From positions 8,551 to 72,550 of the forward strand of contig CAZHPM010000001.1 of assembly GCA_964534485.1 (NCBI GenBank): DNA of 64,000 nucleotides, in the 5' to 3' direction. Positions 28,068 to 37,671 of the stretch are shown here, piece after piece. The position numbers and the translations under genes were made by a program. Position 1 is the stretch's first letter. The number at the start of each line of letters is the position of its first letter. The notes below the pieces were generated by a model. The model saw only the letters and a program-made list of their open reading frames with translations, searched no databases and was not told the DNA's origin. Source of the DNA: an uncultured Halobacteriales archaeon (GTDB lineage Archaea > Halobacteriota > Halobacteria > Halobacteriales > Haloarculaceae).

Positions 28068-29825
28068 GTGAGGCCCCGGAAACTCCTCAGAATCGCCCGG
28101 TGGGAGGTGGAGAAAAACGCTGGCGAACTCGACAGGCGCTCGCTCGCGCTCGTCGTCGCCGTGTTCGCCCTCGTCGCAGTCGTCGTCCCGTTTGTCGCAG
28201 TTGGCGGGGTCGGACTCGACGATGGACTCTACCAGGTCGCCGTCAACGAGTCCAGTCCCTACCACGAGGTGCTCACGAACGACAGCACGTTCGTCGTCAC
28301 CGGAGGAACGGCCGGTGTCTCCGCCAGCGACGACGCCGTCGACCTGGTGGTCAGAGAGACAGAGAACCGAACTGTCCTCAGACGCGCAGACGACAGAAAG
28401 GGCGAGGCGGCTCTCGAGGCGTTCGAGAACACCGTCAGACGGTTCAACGACAGACGGCTGCGCACGGCGGCGAACCAGACTGCCGCGTTCCCCATCGAGG
28501 TGGTTCTCGACTTCCAACAGCGCTCGACGGTCGCGGAGGAACTCGACAGCGAGTCGGACAACGGGTCCGACACGAACACGAGTGCCGGAAACACGACCGA
28601 CACTACCGACGACGACGGCGCGCTGGGAGAGTTCGGTGCGCCGCTTGCCAACGACGCCGTCTCTGGGTCACCCTCAGAAATCGACCCTCCGTTCCCGTTC
28701 CAGTCGCTCGTGCTCGCGTTACTGTTTATCATCCCGCTGAATTTCGTCATCCAGGCCTACGGTGGGACGATACTCTCCGAGCGGGTCAACCGGCGCGGGG
28801 AGTTGCTGCTCGTCTCGCCGGTGTCGCGGTTCGACATCATCGGCGGCAAGACGCTGCCGTACTTTCTGGGAGCAGTGGCCGTTGAGGCGGCCCTCGCCGT
28901 TGGACTGTTCGCGGTCGTTCGTGGCGAACCCGGCGGACTGGTGTCGGTTGCAGCGCTCGCGCCGCTGGTCGTTCTCTTTCTCGGGTTGACCTTTCTCGGG
29001 GCGATGTTCGCCCGGTCGTTCAAGGAACTGACCTTCGTCACACTCGCCATCACCGTCGTGTTGATAGCCTACGCCTTCGTGCCGGCGATTTTCACTGACC
29101 TGAACGAGATTGCGCTCGTCTCGCCGCTGACGCTCGTGGTCCGTAACCTGCAGGCAGAGGCCATCTCTGCCCAGCAGTTTCTCTTCTCGACGACGCCGCC
29201 GGCACTGGTCGGGGTGTTCTGTTTCCTGCTGGGCGGGAGTCTCTACCGCGAGGAGGATATGTTCACACAGCGGTCGGTGTCGGGCCGAGTGCTCGACTCG
29301 CTGGCCGGGCCGATAACCCGTCCGTGGCACGTCGGCGCGATGACCGCGGCGCTGATTCCACTCGTTTTCGTCCTGCAGTTGTTGGTGACTGTCCTGTTGT
29401 TCGCCGTTGGCGACCAGTCGCTCGTGGTGTTGCTCGCCGTCGTCGTCGTCACCGAGGAACTCGCAAAGAGCCTGCACATCTACGCCGCCTACGAGCGCGG
29501 CCGGTTCGAGCGAGCGCCGCTGGTCGCGCTCGCGCTGGGTGCCGTGAGTGGCACCGGCTTCTTTCTCGCCGAAAAGACCGCACTGGTGGCACAACTGGCC
29601 GGTCTGCCCGAACTCCCGACCGGACAGACTGGACTGCTGGGCGGTGTGTTCGCCGGACCGGCCGTGTTGTTGCTCCTGCTGGCCCCGCTCGCACTCCACG
29701 TGGTCACCGCGGCTATCTCTGCGCTGGGTGCGAGCCAGAACAGGCGCCGGTATCTCGCCGCGGTCCTGGTCGCTATGGCCGTTCACCTCGCGTACAACAT
29801 CGCCGTGGTGATACTCTTTGTCTGA
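28068..29825 (+). CDS. ABC-2-type permease fused to a C-terminal PrsW-like intramembrane metalloprotease domain
   Basis: ERVNRRGELLLVSP...IIGGKTLPY; C-terminal EELAK, FFLAEK, LHVVT, HLAYN. Confidence 0.8.
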   Translation: MRPRKLLRIARWEVEKNAGELDRRSLALVVAVFALVAVVVPFVAVGGVGLDDGLYQVAVNESSPYHEVLTNDSTFVVTGGTAGVSASDDAVDLVVRETENRTVLRRADDRKGEAALEAFENTVRRFNDRRLRTAANQTAAFPIEVVLDFQQRSTVAEELDSESDNGSDTNTSAGNTTDTTDDDGALGEFGAPLANDAVSGSPSEIDPPFPFQSLVLALLFIIPLNFVIQAYGGTILSERVNRRGELLLVSPVSRFDIIGGKTLPYFLGAVAVEAALAVGLFAVVRGEPGGLVSVAALAPLVVLFLGLTFLGAMFARSFKELTFVTLAITVVLIAYAFVPAIFTDLNEIALVSPLTLVVRNLQAEAISAQQFLFSTTPPALVGVFCFLLGGSLYREEDMFTQRSVSGRVLDSLAGPITRPWHVGAMTAALIPLVFVLQLLVTVLLFAVGDQSLVVLLAVVVVTEELAKSLHIYAAYERGRFERAPLVALALGAVSGTGFFLAEKTALVAQLAGLPELPTGQTGLLGGVFAGPAVLLLLLAPLALHVVTAAISALGASQNRRRYLAAVLVAMAVHLAYNIAVVILFV

Positions 29826-30912
29826 CCGTGACCCCCGCTCGAGTCCACGGTGGACGATTGCGATGCGTGACATCTCGTCGCTGCGCCGCGAGAAGACGAT
29901 CGTGCTGGCGCTGGTGGTGCAGTTGCTCATCGCCGGGTTCTCGTCGTTTCTGGTCGCCGGACTCGCCTCACCGTTCGACCCCAGCTCTGCCGGCGACGAC
30001 GTCGTCGACATCGGGGCGACCGGCGACACACAGGAGACGCTGGTCAGACTCAGCCGAGAGAACAACGATATCGTCGTTCAGGAGTACGACGACCGCGATA
30101 CGGCGGTGGCGGATTTCGCAGACGGCGACCTCGACGCCGTCGTCACCGGCCGTCCGGTGCCGGCAGAGAACGGAACCCGGTTCGTGGTCACCGTCGTGTT
30201 ACCCACGGAGGACGTACAGACGACACTCGTCGTCGTCTCGATCCGTGACCTACTCGCCAACCTCGAAGAGGCAGAGCGTGGCAACCGGGTCGACAGTCTC
30301 GAGTTCAAACCAGTCGACGTGCCCGACGCGGCCGACCCCGCGAGCGGCGGCACGACGGAGTTTTTCAGCTTCACCTACACTATCTTGATTCCGCTGTTGC
30401 TCTTTTTGCCGCCGTTTATCAGCGGGTCGGTCGTCATCGACCTGATAACCGAGGAGGCCCAGCGGGGAACGCTCGAACTGCTCCGGGTGTCACCGGTGTC
30501 ACTGGTCGATATCGTCGACGGAAAGGCCGCGGGGATGGTCGCGCTCGCGCCCCTCCAGGCCGCACTCTGGATACTCCTGCTCGAGATAAACGGGATTGCA
30601 ATCGGTAACGTGCTCTCGTTGCTGGTGTACGTGACGGCGATAACGACCGTGACTGTCGCCGTCGGCGTGGTTCTCGGACTCGCCACCACACAGCGTCGGC
30701 AGGCGCAGTTTCTCTACTCGATGCTGGTGGTCATCCTGTTCGGTACTGCGGTCGGTCTGCCCGAACACCCCGCCTCGACGGTCGTCAAACTCGCTATCGA
30801 CAGCCCCACGCTCACCACGTTCGGCCACGTCGTCGGACTCGTGGTCGTCGCTGTGGGGGTGGCGTTGCTGGTCCGTCGGTACGTGCGCGGAGTCGACCCC
30901 GAGTCGCTGTGA
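29818..30912 (+). CDS. ABC-2-type permease
   Basis: EEAQRGTLELLRVSPVS...IVDGK; multiple TM segments. Confidence 0.85.
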   Translation: MSDRDPRSSPRWTIAMRDISSLRREKTIVLALVVQLLIAGFSSFLVAGLASPFDPSSAGDDVVDIGATGDTQETLVRLSRENNDIVVQEYDDRDTAVADFADGDLDAVVTGRPVPAENGTRFVVTVVLPTEDVQTTLVVVSIRDLLANLEEAERGNRVDSLEFKPVDVPDAADPASGGTTEFFSFTYTILIPLLLFLPPFISGSVVIDLITEEAQRGTLELLRVSPVSLVDIVDGKAAGMVALAPLQAALWILLLEINGIAIGNVLSLLVYVTAITTVTVAVGVVLGLATTQRRQAQFLYSMLVVILFGTAVGLPEHPASTVVKLAIDSPTLTTFGHVVGLVVVAVGVALLVRRYVRGVDPESL

Positions 30913-30926
30913 CCGTTTCGAACTGC

Positions 30927-31346
30927 TCAGGGGTGGGCCGTCAGCGTCAGTTCCAGCGACGCGCCCGCCGCGAGTCGGTCGACGACGGCCCGGTCGATGC
31001 CGGCGGCGGCGCGGTCCATCCCGACGCCGACGGTGCGCTCGTCGACGTAGTCGCTGGTGCGACAGACGAGACTCCTGTTGCTGTCGAACCCCAGTTCGGG
31101 GTGGCCACGCCCCTCGACGCGTTCGGTGGTCTCTCCGACCGCGATTTCGACGGCGACCGTCGTCTCGGCCCGCTGGCAGGCCGTGACAAACGCCTCGTCG
31201 AAGTCGGCCGGCGTCCGGTCGGCCTCGACGGCCAGGATACAGTCGCCCGCCGGCGTCAGGTAGTCGTCGCTCGTCACCTCGAACGTGCTCGTGTGCCTGG
31301 CGGTGACGTTCTCGTGACCCCTCGCGTGGACCACCTCGCGGAGCAT
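30927..31346 (-). CDS. DUF371-family protein
   Basis: ARGHENVTARHTSTFEVT, LTPAGDCI, GRGHPEL. Confidence 0.85.
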   Translation of the reverse strand: MLREVVHARGHENVTARHTSTFEVTSDDYLTPAGDCILAVEADRTPADFDEAFVTACQRAETTVAVEIAVGETTERVEGRGHPELGFDSNRSLVCRTSDYVDERTVGVGMDRAAAGIDRAVVDRLAAGASLELTLTAHP

Positions 31347-31385
31347 ACCCGGTCTCCGGGCCGACCGCTCAAAACTCACCCGGAC

Positions 31386-32147
31386 TCACTCGATGGTCGC
31401 CCGCCCCTCTGGGAGCACGGTGTCGTCGAGACGTGCCACCGCCTCCTCGAGCACGGGCACCATGTTCTGGGTGTCCTCGCGGTTGTACTCGACGAGGCGG
31501 TCGAGCGCGCCGTCGGCGCCGCGTTCGTGTTCGTGCCAGAGTCTGACTGCCTCGCGGCCGTCGACATCGGGCAGGTCGCGGTCGACACCGAACGCCTCCT
31601 CGACGGCGTCGAGTCCACCCGAGACTCCGAGTTTCCTGCAGGTGGGCATCAGGTCGATATGTGGCTGGTCGAGGTCGACGTCGAAGTTCGCCTCCAGAAA
31701 CGGGATATCGAAGCGTGCGCCGTTGAACGTGACGAGCAGTTCCGCGTCCTCGAAGGCCGCCCGGAGTCGCTGGTCTGTCAGGTCGTCGCCACGGACCAGG
31801 GTCTGTGTCGAACCGTCCTGACACAGCGAAACCGTCGTGACGACGTTCCGGCGGCGGTCCAGTCCCGTTGTCTCGATGTCGAAAAAACAGGCCCGGTCGG
31901 CAAAGGACTCGTACAGCCGCCACCGCGAACCGGTCGGAAACCGACTGGCAAAAAAGCCCGCGTCTCCGGCCGCCAGCGCGCGCTCGCCCCTGTCGATAAA
32001 CGACCGGATGCGGTCTGCGCGTGTCGACCCGATACCACGACAGTCCGGGTGAAACGACTCCCAGTGGGTGACACCCTGCTCCCAGAGTCGGCGCTCGATG
32101 GTTTCGCCGACACCCTCTGCCCCCACGAAGCAGTTCTCGACGTACAC
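31386..32147 (-). CDS. RNase H-like (YprB-type) predicted exonuclease
   Basis: FFDIETTGL, TFNGARFDIPFL, HIDL, YNRED. Confidence 0.88.
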   Translation of the reverse strand: MYVENCFVGAEGVGETIERRLWEQGVTHWESFHPDCRGIGSTRADRIRSFIDRGERALAAGDAGFFASRFPTGSRWRLYESFADRACFFDIETTGLDRRRNVVTTVSLCQDGSTQTLVRGDDLTDQRLRAAFEDAELLVTFNGARFDIPFLEANFDVDLDQPHIDLMPTCRKLGVSGGLDAVEEAFGVDRDLPDVDGREAVRLWHEHERGADGALDRLVEYNREDTQNMVPVLEEAVARLDDTVLPEGRATIE

Positions 32148-32287
32148 ACCCGAGAGGAGGGTCTGGCACCGTTAATCTCTTTCTCTCTCGACGCATCCGC
32201 CGGTCCGTGTGACCGTACACGCTCGGCCTCTCGGGTGGCCTGCAAAGTGTAAGGACTTAGTAGCAGCGCCAGAGAATACTTCCACGT

Positions 32288-33136
32288 ATGAACGTCGAAG
32301 ACGTGATGACCGCCCGCGAGGAGGTAGTTACAGTGGAGATTCCGGGGACCCGTGACGACGCCCTCGAGTACCTCCAAGACCGGGCGTTCTCGTCGGTGCC
32401 GGCGCTCAAGCAGACCGACGACGGCGCAGTGTACCGCGGTATCGTCTCTCGTGGCGCGCTCATCGACCAACCCAGCGAGGACCAACTCGCCTTGCTCGCA
32501 GAGGAGATACCGATGGTCTCGGCACCGACACCGCTCTCTGCGGTTGCCGACAGGATGTTGACCGACAACGAGCGCCGTATCCCCGTCGGCTCTGGTGACA
32601 CCCTCGAAGGAATCGTCACGATTACCGACCTCGTTCGCGCGATTGCGCGCGGCGAGGGCGCGGAGATGACCGTCGACTCGCTCGCCGGTCGAGCGATAAA
32701 CTGCGTCTACACCGGAACACCCCTGACCGTCGCCGAGCGAGAGCTCGCCTTCGCGCGTGTGCCCTACGCGGTTGCCCTGGACGATGCGGGCGAACTCGCC
32801 GGAATGTTGACCGAGGTCGACGTGTTGGAGGTCGCCCGTGTCGTCGAGGGTGAGGAGGAGACCGGCGACTCGATTGCCGGTCAGGACGACGAGTGGTCCT
32901 GGGAGGGTATAAAGGCCGTCGGGAACAGGTACATGCCCACCCGGAACGTCGAGATTCCAAACGGTGTGGTCAGCGCGTTCATGACCGACGACCTCGTGAC
33001 TGTCAACAGCAAACACTCCGCACAGGACGCCGCACAGTCGCTCATCGAGAACGACATCGAGCAGGTGCCGATGCTCAACGGTGGCGACCTCGCAGGGGTC
33101 GTGCAGGATATCCACCTGCTGGAGGCGTTGCGATGA
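32288..33136 (+). CDS. CBS-domain protein
   Basis: Four CBS-like repeats; overlaps the glyS start. Confidence 0.88.
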   Translation: MNVEDVMTAREEVVTVEIPGTRDDALEYLQDRAFSSVPALKQTDDGAVYRGIVSRGALIDQPSEDQLALLAEEIPMVSAPTPLSAVADRMLTDNERRIPVGSGDTLEGIVTITDLVRAIARGEGAEMTVDSLAGRAINCVYTGTPLTVAERELAFARVPYAVALDDAGELAGMLTEVDVLEVARVVEGEEETGDSIAGQDDEWSWEGIKAVGNRYMPTRNVEIPNGVVSAFMTDDLVTVNSKHSAQDAAQSLIENDIEQVPMLNGGDLAGVVQDIHLLEALR

Positions 33137-34869
33137 GCGAGGGGGACCGCCTCGCAGAACTCGCAAAACGCCGCGGATTCTTCTTCCAGAGTTCCGGCAT
33201 CTACGGCGGTGTCGCGGGGTTCTACACGTACGGACCACACGGCGCAGCGCTGAAAGACGCCATCGAGGACGCCTGGCGGGACCGGTTTGTCACCCGCGAG
33301 GGCCACATGGAGATCAGCGCACCGGACGTGATGCCCGAGGCGGTGTTCGAGGCCTCGGGCCACCTCGATGGCTTCGACGACATGATCGTCGCCTGTCCGA
33401 CCTGCTCGGCGAGTCACCGGGCCGACCACCTCGTCGAGGACGACACCGACATCGAGGAGGCCGAGTCGATTCCCGCCGAGGAGGTTGCACAACTGCTCGC
33501 AGAGCACGACGTCGTCTGCCCGGAGTGTGGAACCGACCTGGCGGGCGAACCGGTCGACGATTTCAACCTCATGTTCGAGACGAACATCGGCCCCGGAACG
33601 TCCTCGCCGGGCTATCTCCGGCCCGAGACAGCACAGGGCATCTTCGTCGAGTTTCCACAACTCGCGGAGTACGCCCGCAACCAGTTGCCCTTCGGGGTCG
33701 CCCAGATCGGTACGGCCTACCGCAACGAGATTAGTCCCCGCAACTCACTCGTCCGCGTCCGCGAGTTCACGCAGGCCGAACTCGAACACTTCGTCGACCC
33801 CGAAGCCGACGACCCACCACTCGAACGGGTCGCCGACGTGGTGCTCCCGTTGTACCCCGTCGACCAGCAGGAAAACGCCGAGGGCGACCTGCTCGAACTC
33901 ACAGTCAGCGAGGCACTCGAAGACGGCGTCGTCGCGGACCCGTGGGTCGCGTTCTACCTGGGACTCTCGAAAGGCTGGTACGAGCGCATCGGGGTCGACA
34001 TGGACCGCTTTCGCTACCGCCAGCATCTCCCGGGCGAACTCGCCCACTACGCGGCGGACTGCTGGGACGCGGAGTCGGAACTGGACGGCGACTGGGTCGA
34101 GATAACCGGCTTCGCCTACCGGGGGGAGTACGACCTCCGGAAACACGCCGACCACTCCGGCGAGGCGTTCTCCGTGTTCACACAGTACGACGACCCCATC
34201 ACGGTCGAGCGGCCGACGGTCGACCCCGACATGAGCGCACTCGGCCCGGCCTTTGGCGGCGCTGCCGGCGACGTTGCCGACGCGCTCGCCGACCTCGTCG
34301 AGCGCGACCCCGGCGCCTTCGAGGGCGAGACGGTGACCGTCGAGGCCGACGGCGAGAGTTACACGGTCCCGGTCGAACAGACCGGGTTCGCGGTCGAGGA
34401 GGTCACCGAAACCGGCGAACACGTCCGACCACACACCGTCGAACCCTCCTTCGGTGTCGGCCGCCTCGTCTACACGGTGCTGGCCCACGCATACAGCGAG
34501 GACGTCGTCGACGACGAGGAGCGAACCTACCTCTCGCTCCCGCCAGAGATGGCACCGACGACGGCCGGTGTCTTCCCGCTGATGGACAGGGACGGACTGG
34601 GAGAACGCGCCCGTGACCTCGCCAGCGAGTTGCGCGAGGCCGGTCTCGCGGTCGCCTACGACGACGCCGGCGCAATCGGCCGCCGGTACCGCCGACAGGA
34701 CGAGATAGGGACCCCGTTCTGCGTCACTGTCGACTACGACACCCTCGAAGACGAGACAGTCACCGTCCGTGACCGCGACAGCACCGACCAGCGGCGCGTC
34801 CCGACAGACGGTCTGGCCGCGACGCTCACTGCACTCCGCGACGGCGACCGTTTGTTCGAGAACCTGTAG
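33133..34869 (+). CDS. glyS: Glycine--tRNA ligase
   Basis: KRRGFF, YLRPETAQG, YRNEISPR, REFTQAE, EPSFGVGR, IGRRYRRQDEIGTP. Confidence 0.97.
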   Translation: MSEGDRLAELAKRRGFFFQSSGIYGGVAGFYTYGPHGAALKDAIEDAWRDRFVTREGHMEISAPDVMPEAVFEASGHLDGFDDMIVACPTCSASHRADHLVEDDTDIEEAESIPAEEVAQLLAEHDVVCPECGTDLAGEPVDDFNLMFETNIGPGTSSPGYLRPETAQGIFVEFPQLAEYARNQLPFGVAQIGTAYRNEISPRNSLVRVREFTQAELEHFVDPEADDPPLERVADVVLPLYPVDQQENAEGDLLELTVSEALEDGVVADPWVAFYLGLSKGWYERIGVDMDRFRYRQHLPGELAHYAADCWDAESELDGDWVEITGFAYRGEYDLRKHADHSGEAFSVFTQYDDPITVERPTVDPDMSALGPAFGGAAGDVADALADLVERDPGAFEGETVTVEADGESYTVPVEQTGFAVEEVTETGEHVRPHTVEPSFGVGRLVYTVLAHAYSEDVVDDEERTYLSLPPEMAPTTAGVFPLMDRDGLGERARDLASELREAGLAVAYDDAGAIGRRYRRQDEIGTPFCVTVDYDTLEDETVTVRDRDSTDQRRVPTDGLAATLTALRDGDRLFENL

Positions 34870-34870
34870 C

Positions 34871-35659
34871 ATGGAAAACGAGAGTAGCGAAACAACGAGC
34901 GGTGCTCCCGAGACGTCCGAGAGCACTGTCGCCGAAACCGGGACCACGCCGACAGGACCGGCGGCCACGGAGGTCTCTGGATTCGCCGAGACAGACGACC
35001 ACACCGCCACAGACCCCGACACCGCCGGGGGCAGTGTGACGGCGGAACCGAGACGGGAACGCCTCCGCGAACTGTTCCTCGAAGGCGACCTCGGCCGTCG
35101 ACTGGTTCACGTCGCCGGGACTGGCTTTCCGGCAATCTACATCCTCCCGTTTATCGAGTGGTGGCACGTGACCGCGCTGATGGTGCTGGTGACAGTCGGC
35201 GCACTGGTCCTGGAGGTGTTCCGACTCAGCGTCGGACTGGACTGGTTCATCTACGAGCACCTCACCCGCGAGTACGAGCAAGACGCCCCCGCGGCGTACC
35301 TGTTGTACATGATCTCTGCGACGACGGTGGCGCTGGTCGCCGAACCACGAATCGCGATTCCGGCCATCCTGATGCTGGCGGCCGCCGACCCGATTGCCGG
35401 TGTGGTCTCCGACGACCAGTTGCGAACGGTCAAACGCCCGACCGCGCTCGCGACGATGTTCGGGGTCTGTACGCTGTTTGCGCTGCCGTTCGTGCCCAAC
35501 ACTCCTCTCGCGGCCGCACTCGGCGGTATCGGCGGGATGCTCGCCGACGGTGTCAAGCCGATTATCCGGGGTGTCGTCGTCGACGACGACCTGACGATTG
35601 CGCCCGCTGGTGCCTTTGGCATCTGGCTCGGCCTCGAACTCAGCGCGATGCTGCTGTGA
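34871..35659 (+). CDS. Dolichol kinase-like membrane protein
   Basis: RRLVH, LTREYE, DPIAG, VDDDLTI; follows glyS. Confidence 0.8.
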   Translation: MENESSETTSGAPETSESTVAETGTTPTGPAATEVSGFAETDDHTATDPDTAGGSVTAEPRRERLRELFLEGDLGRRLVHVAGTGFPAIYILPFIEWWHVTALMVLVTVGALVLEVFRLSVGLDWFIYEHLTREYEQDAPAAYLLYMISATTVALVAEPRIAIPAILMLAAADPIAGVVSDDQLRTVKRPTALATMFGVCTLFALPFVPNTPLAAALGGIGGMLADGVKPIIRGVVVDDDLTIAPAGAFGIWLGLELSAMLL

Positions 35660-35679
35660 CCGACTCGACTCGCTCACGA

Positions 35680-36219
35680 CTACCCCCAGAAATCGAGGAC
35701 GTTGTCGACAGCCCTGTCGACGAAACTCTCCTCGTACCGCACCAGGAGTTGCATGGTCAGTTCTTCGTCAGCAACCGTGTAGCGCGTGGTGCGACCATCC
35801 CGAACCTCGGAGACGATACCGTTCTCGACGAGGCGTGACACGTGCCAGGACACCGTCGCCGGTGACACGCCGAGTTCCTCGGCAATCGCCCGGTTTCGGG
35901 CCGTCGTCTCCTCCAGCAAGAATAGCAGAATGTGGCGTGTCGTCTCGTACCGAAGCGAGGAGAGGATGGCACGCTCCTCCTCGGCGAGTTCCTCGGCGAC
36001 GAACAGTCGGCGTTTGCCCTGATGCTCCTCGCTCGTGAGCACGTCGTACTCTTCGAGGGTGCCCAGGTGATGCTGGACGAGTCCCGTCTCCATCTCGAGG
36101 TCGCGCTTTAGTTTGCTGAAGTGGACGCCCGGATTTGTCTGCACGTACTCGAAGATCTCCTTGCGCGTCTCCAGCTCGAGGACATCGTCCTCGCTGTCGT
36201 CGGAGTTGCCTCTACCCAT
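35680..36219 (-). CDS. Tandem winged-HTH (ArsR-like) transcription regulator
   Basis: TRKEIFEYVQTNPGVHF...VQHHL and TTRHIL...SPATVSWHVSRL. Confidence 0.88.
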   Translation of the reverse strand: MGRGNSDDSEDDVLELETRKEIFEYVQTNPGVHFSKLKRDLEMETGLVQHHLGTLEEYDVLTSEEHQGKRRLFVAEELAEEERAILSSLRYETTRHILLFLLEETTARNRAIAEELGVSPATVSWHVSRLVENGIVSEVRDGRTTRYTVADEELTMQLLVRYEESFVDRAVDNVLDFWG

Positions 36220-36271
36220 CTTGTGTGCCCTCAGTTCCGTGTGCGTGAGCCAACGCCGCGTATCTGGACCG

Positions 36272-36568
36272 TCATGATGCCCGCCACTCGAAGCGCCACA
36301 CGACCGTTGCCAGCAGCAGCAGCGCGATGCCGAGTGCGAACAGGCTCGTGAGCAACTCGAAGTAGGGGATACCCTCCTCGAGGAACTCGTCACCGACTTC
36401 CAGCAGGAGGTCGGTCGCGAGTAATGCAGCGAGCAACGCGAGTATCAGGACACGACGCACCCGGGTGCGGTAGTAGGCGAGCGCGGTGATGAGAAACACC
36501 ACCAGCGTCACCAGCAGCGTGAGAGCCCGGACGAGCGTCTCCGGTTCGAACAGTTCGAATTCACTCAT
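36272..36568 (-). CDS. Small three-TM membrane protein upstream of the wHTH regulator
   Basis: Three hydrophobic segments, AYYRTR motif. Confidence 0.75.
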   Translation of the reverse strand: MSEFELFEPETLVRALTLLVTLVVFLITALAYYRTRVRRVLILALLAALLATDLLLEVGDEFLEEGIPYFELLTSLFALGIALLLLATVVWRFEWRAS

Positions 36569-36660
36569 TGGATAGGGACGCGTGTTGCAGTCATCTAAAC
36601 TGTTGGTTCGTCTGTCGGGCGTATTAGCGAGGGAGTGACCCGGTCGCTCGGGTCGCCAAG

Positions 36661-37356
36661 CTACTCGTCTTCAGTCTCGGTCTCGAGCACCGTGCCGTCG
36701 TCCGCGTGGACAGCGACCTCGGTCTCGCCGTCTGCACCCACGAGTTCGACCTCGTAGACGGGCGTGCCGTCCTCGCGTTCGAGTTCGACTTCTTCGACGC
36801 TCCCGTCGGCCTCTGCGGTTGCGGTGTCAATCGCGTCCTGTTCAGAGAGGCTGACGTTCCCGGGCGCAACGGACTCCTCTTCTTCGGTCTCGTCGTCTTC
36901 GGTCTCGTCGTCGTCCTCCATCTCATTCTCGTCCATCTCGTCGTCGTCCTCCATCTCATTCTCGTCCATCTCGTCGTCGTCCTCCATCTCATTCTCGTCC
37001 ATCTCCTCGTCGTCCTCGTCTTCAGTCTCGGTCTCGAGCACCGTGCCGTCGTCCGCGTGGACGGCGACTTCGGTTTCGCCGTCTGTGGCTACGAGTTCGA
37101 CCTCGTAGACGGGTGTGCCGTCTTCGCGTTCGAGTTCGACTTCCTCGACGCTCCCGTCGGCCTCCGCGGTTGCGGTCTCAATCGCACTCTCCTCGGAGAG
37201 CGAGACGTTGCTTTGCGTGATCGAATCGTCATCGTCGCCGTCACCAGGGAGGGGCGACCCAGAGTCCTGCGCGAGCACCAGGCCGCTGCCAACGACGGCC
37301 AGCAGGGCGACTGCGACGACGGCTGCTCCAAACAGCGTTCGACGATTTGTGTTCAT
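36661..37356 (-). CDS. Secreted protein with two PepSY domains and an acidic Met-rich linker
   Basis: Signal peptide; two copies of LSE..AI..A...DGSVEEVELE...YEVEL...V.ADDGTVL. Confidence 0.88.
   Translation of the reverse strand: MNTNRRTLFGAAVVAVALLAVVGSGLVLAQDSGSPLPGDGDDDDSITQSNVSLSEESAIETATAEADGSVEEVELEREDGTPVYEVELVATDGETEVAVHADDGTVLETETEDEDDEEMDENEMEDDDEMDENEMEDDDEMDENEMEDDDETEDDETEEEESVAPGNVSLSEQDAIDTATAEADGSVEEVELEREDGTPVYEVELVGADGETEVAVHADDGTVLETETEDE
36904..37002 (-). repeat. Three tandem 33-bp repeats encoding MDENEMEDDDE
   Basis: CTCGTCGTCGTCCTCCATCTCATTCTCGTCCAT three times. Confidence 0.92.
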
Positions 37357-37671
37357 TGTTGGGTGCCTGCATCTGCCTGTTAGTGCCCCCACGTAAAGTG
37401 TCGTTTGGTATATGAGTCTAACAGTGGTACGCGCCTCTAGCGATTGTGTGTGGCAGATTTTGCAGTTCGATTCGTATAACCGTTCCAATTAGTCTGCACG
37501 CCACGCGGTGGCAGGCCACAACTGGGCCGACTCCATCCTCCCCAGTCGACACCTCCGAACCCAGGAGTGTCCAGATATCGGAACTGTGTCGGCAACACCC
37601 GCCAACGATTGTTTTTGCCGGTAGTCACAATTGCCAACAGAATTATTCCCGCGCGCTTGTTCAGATAAATC

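Noticed and set aside
36904..37002. 33-bp repeats as a CRISPR array
   Set aside because: Head-to-tail with no spacers, in frame within the PepSY gene, and no cas genes in the window
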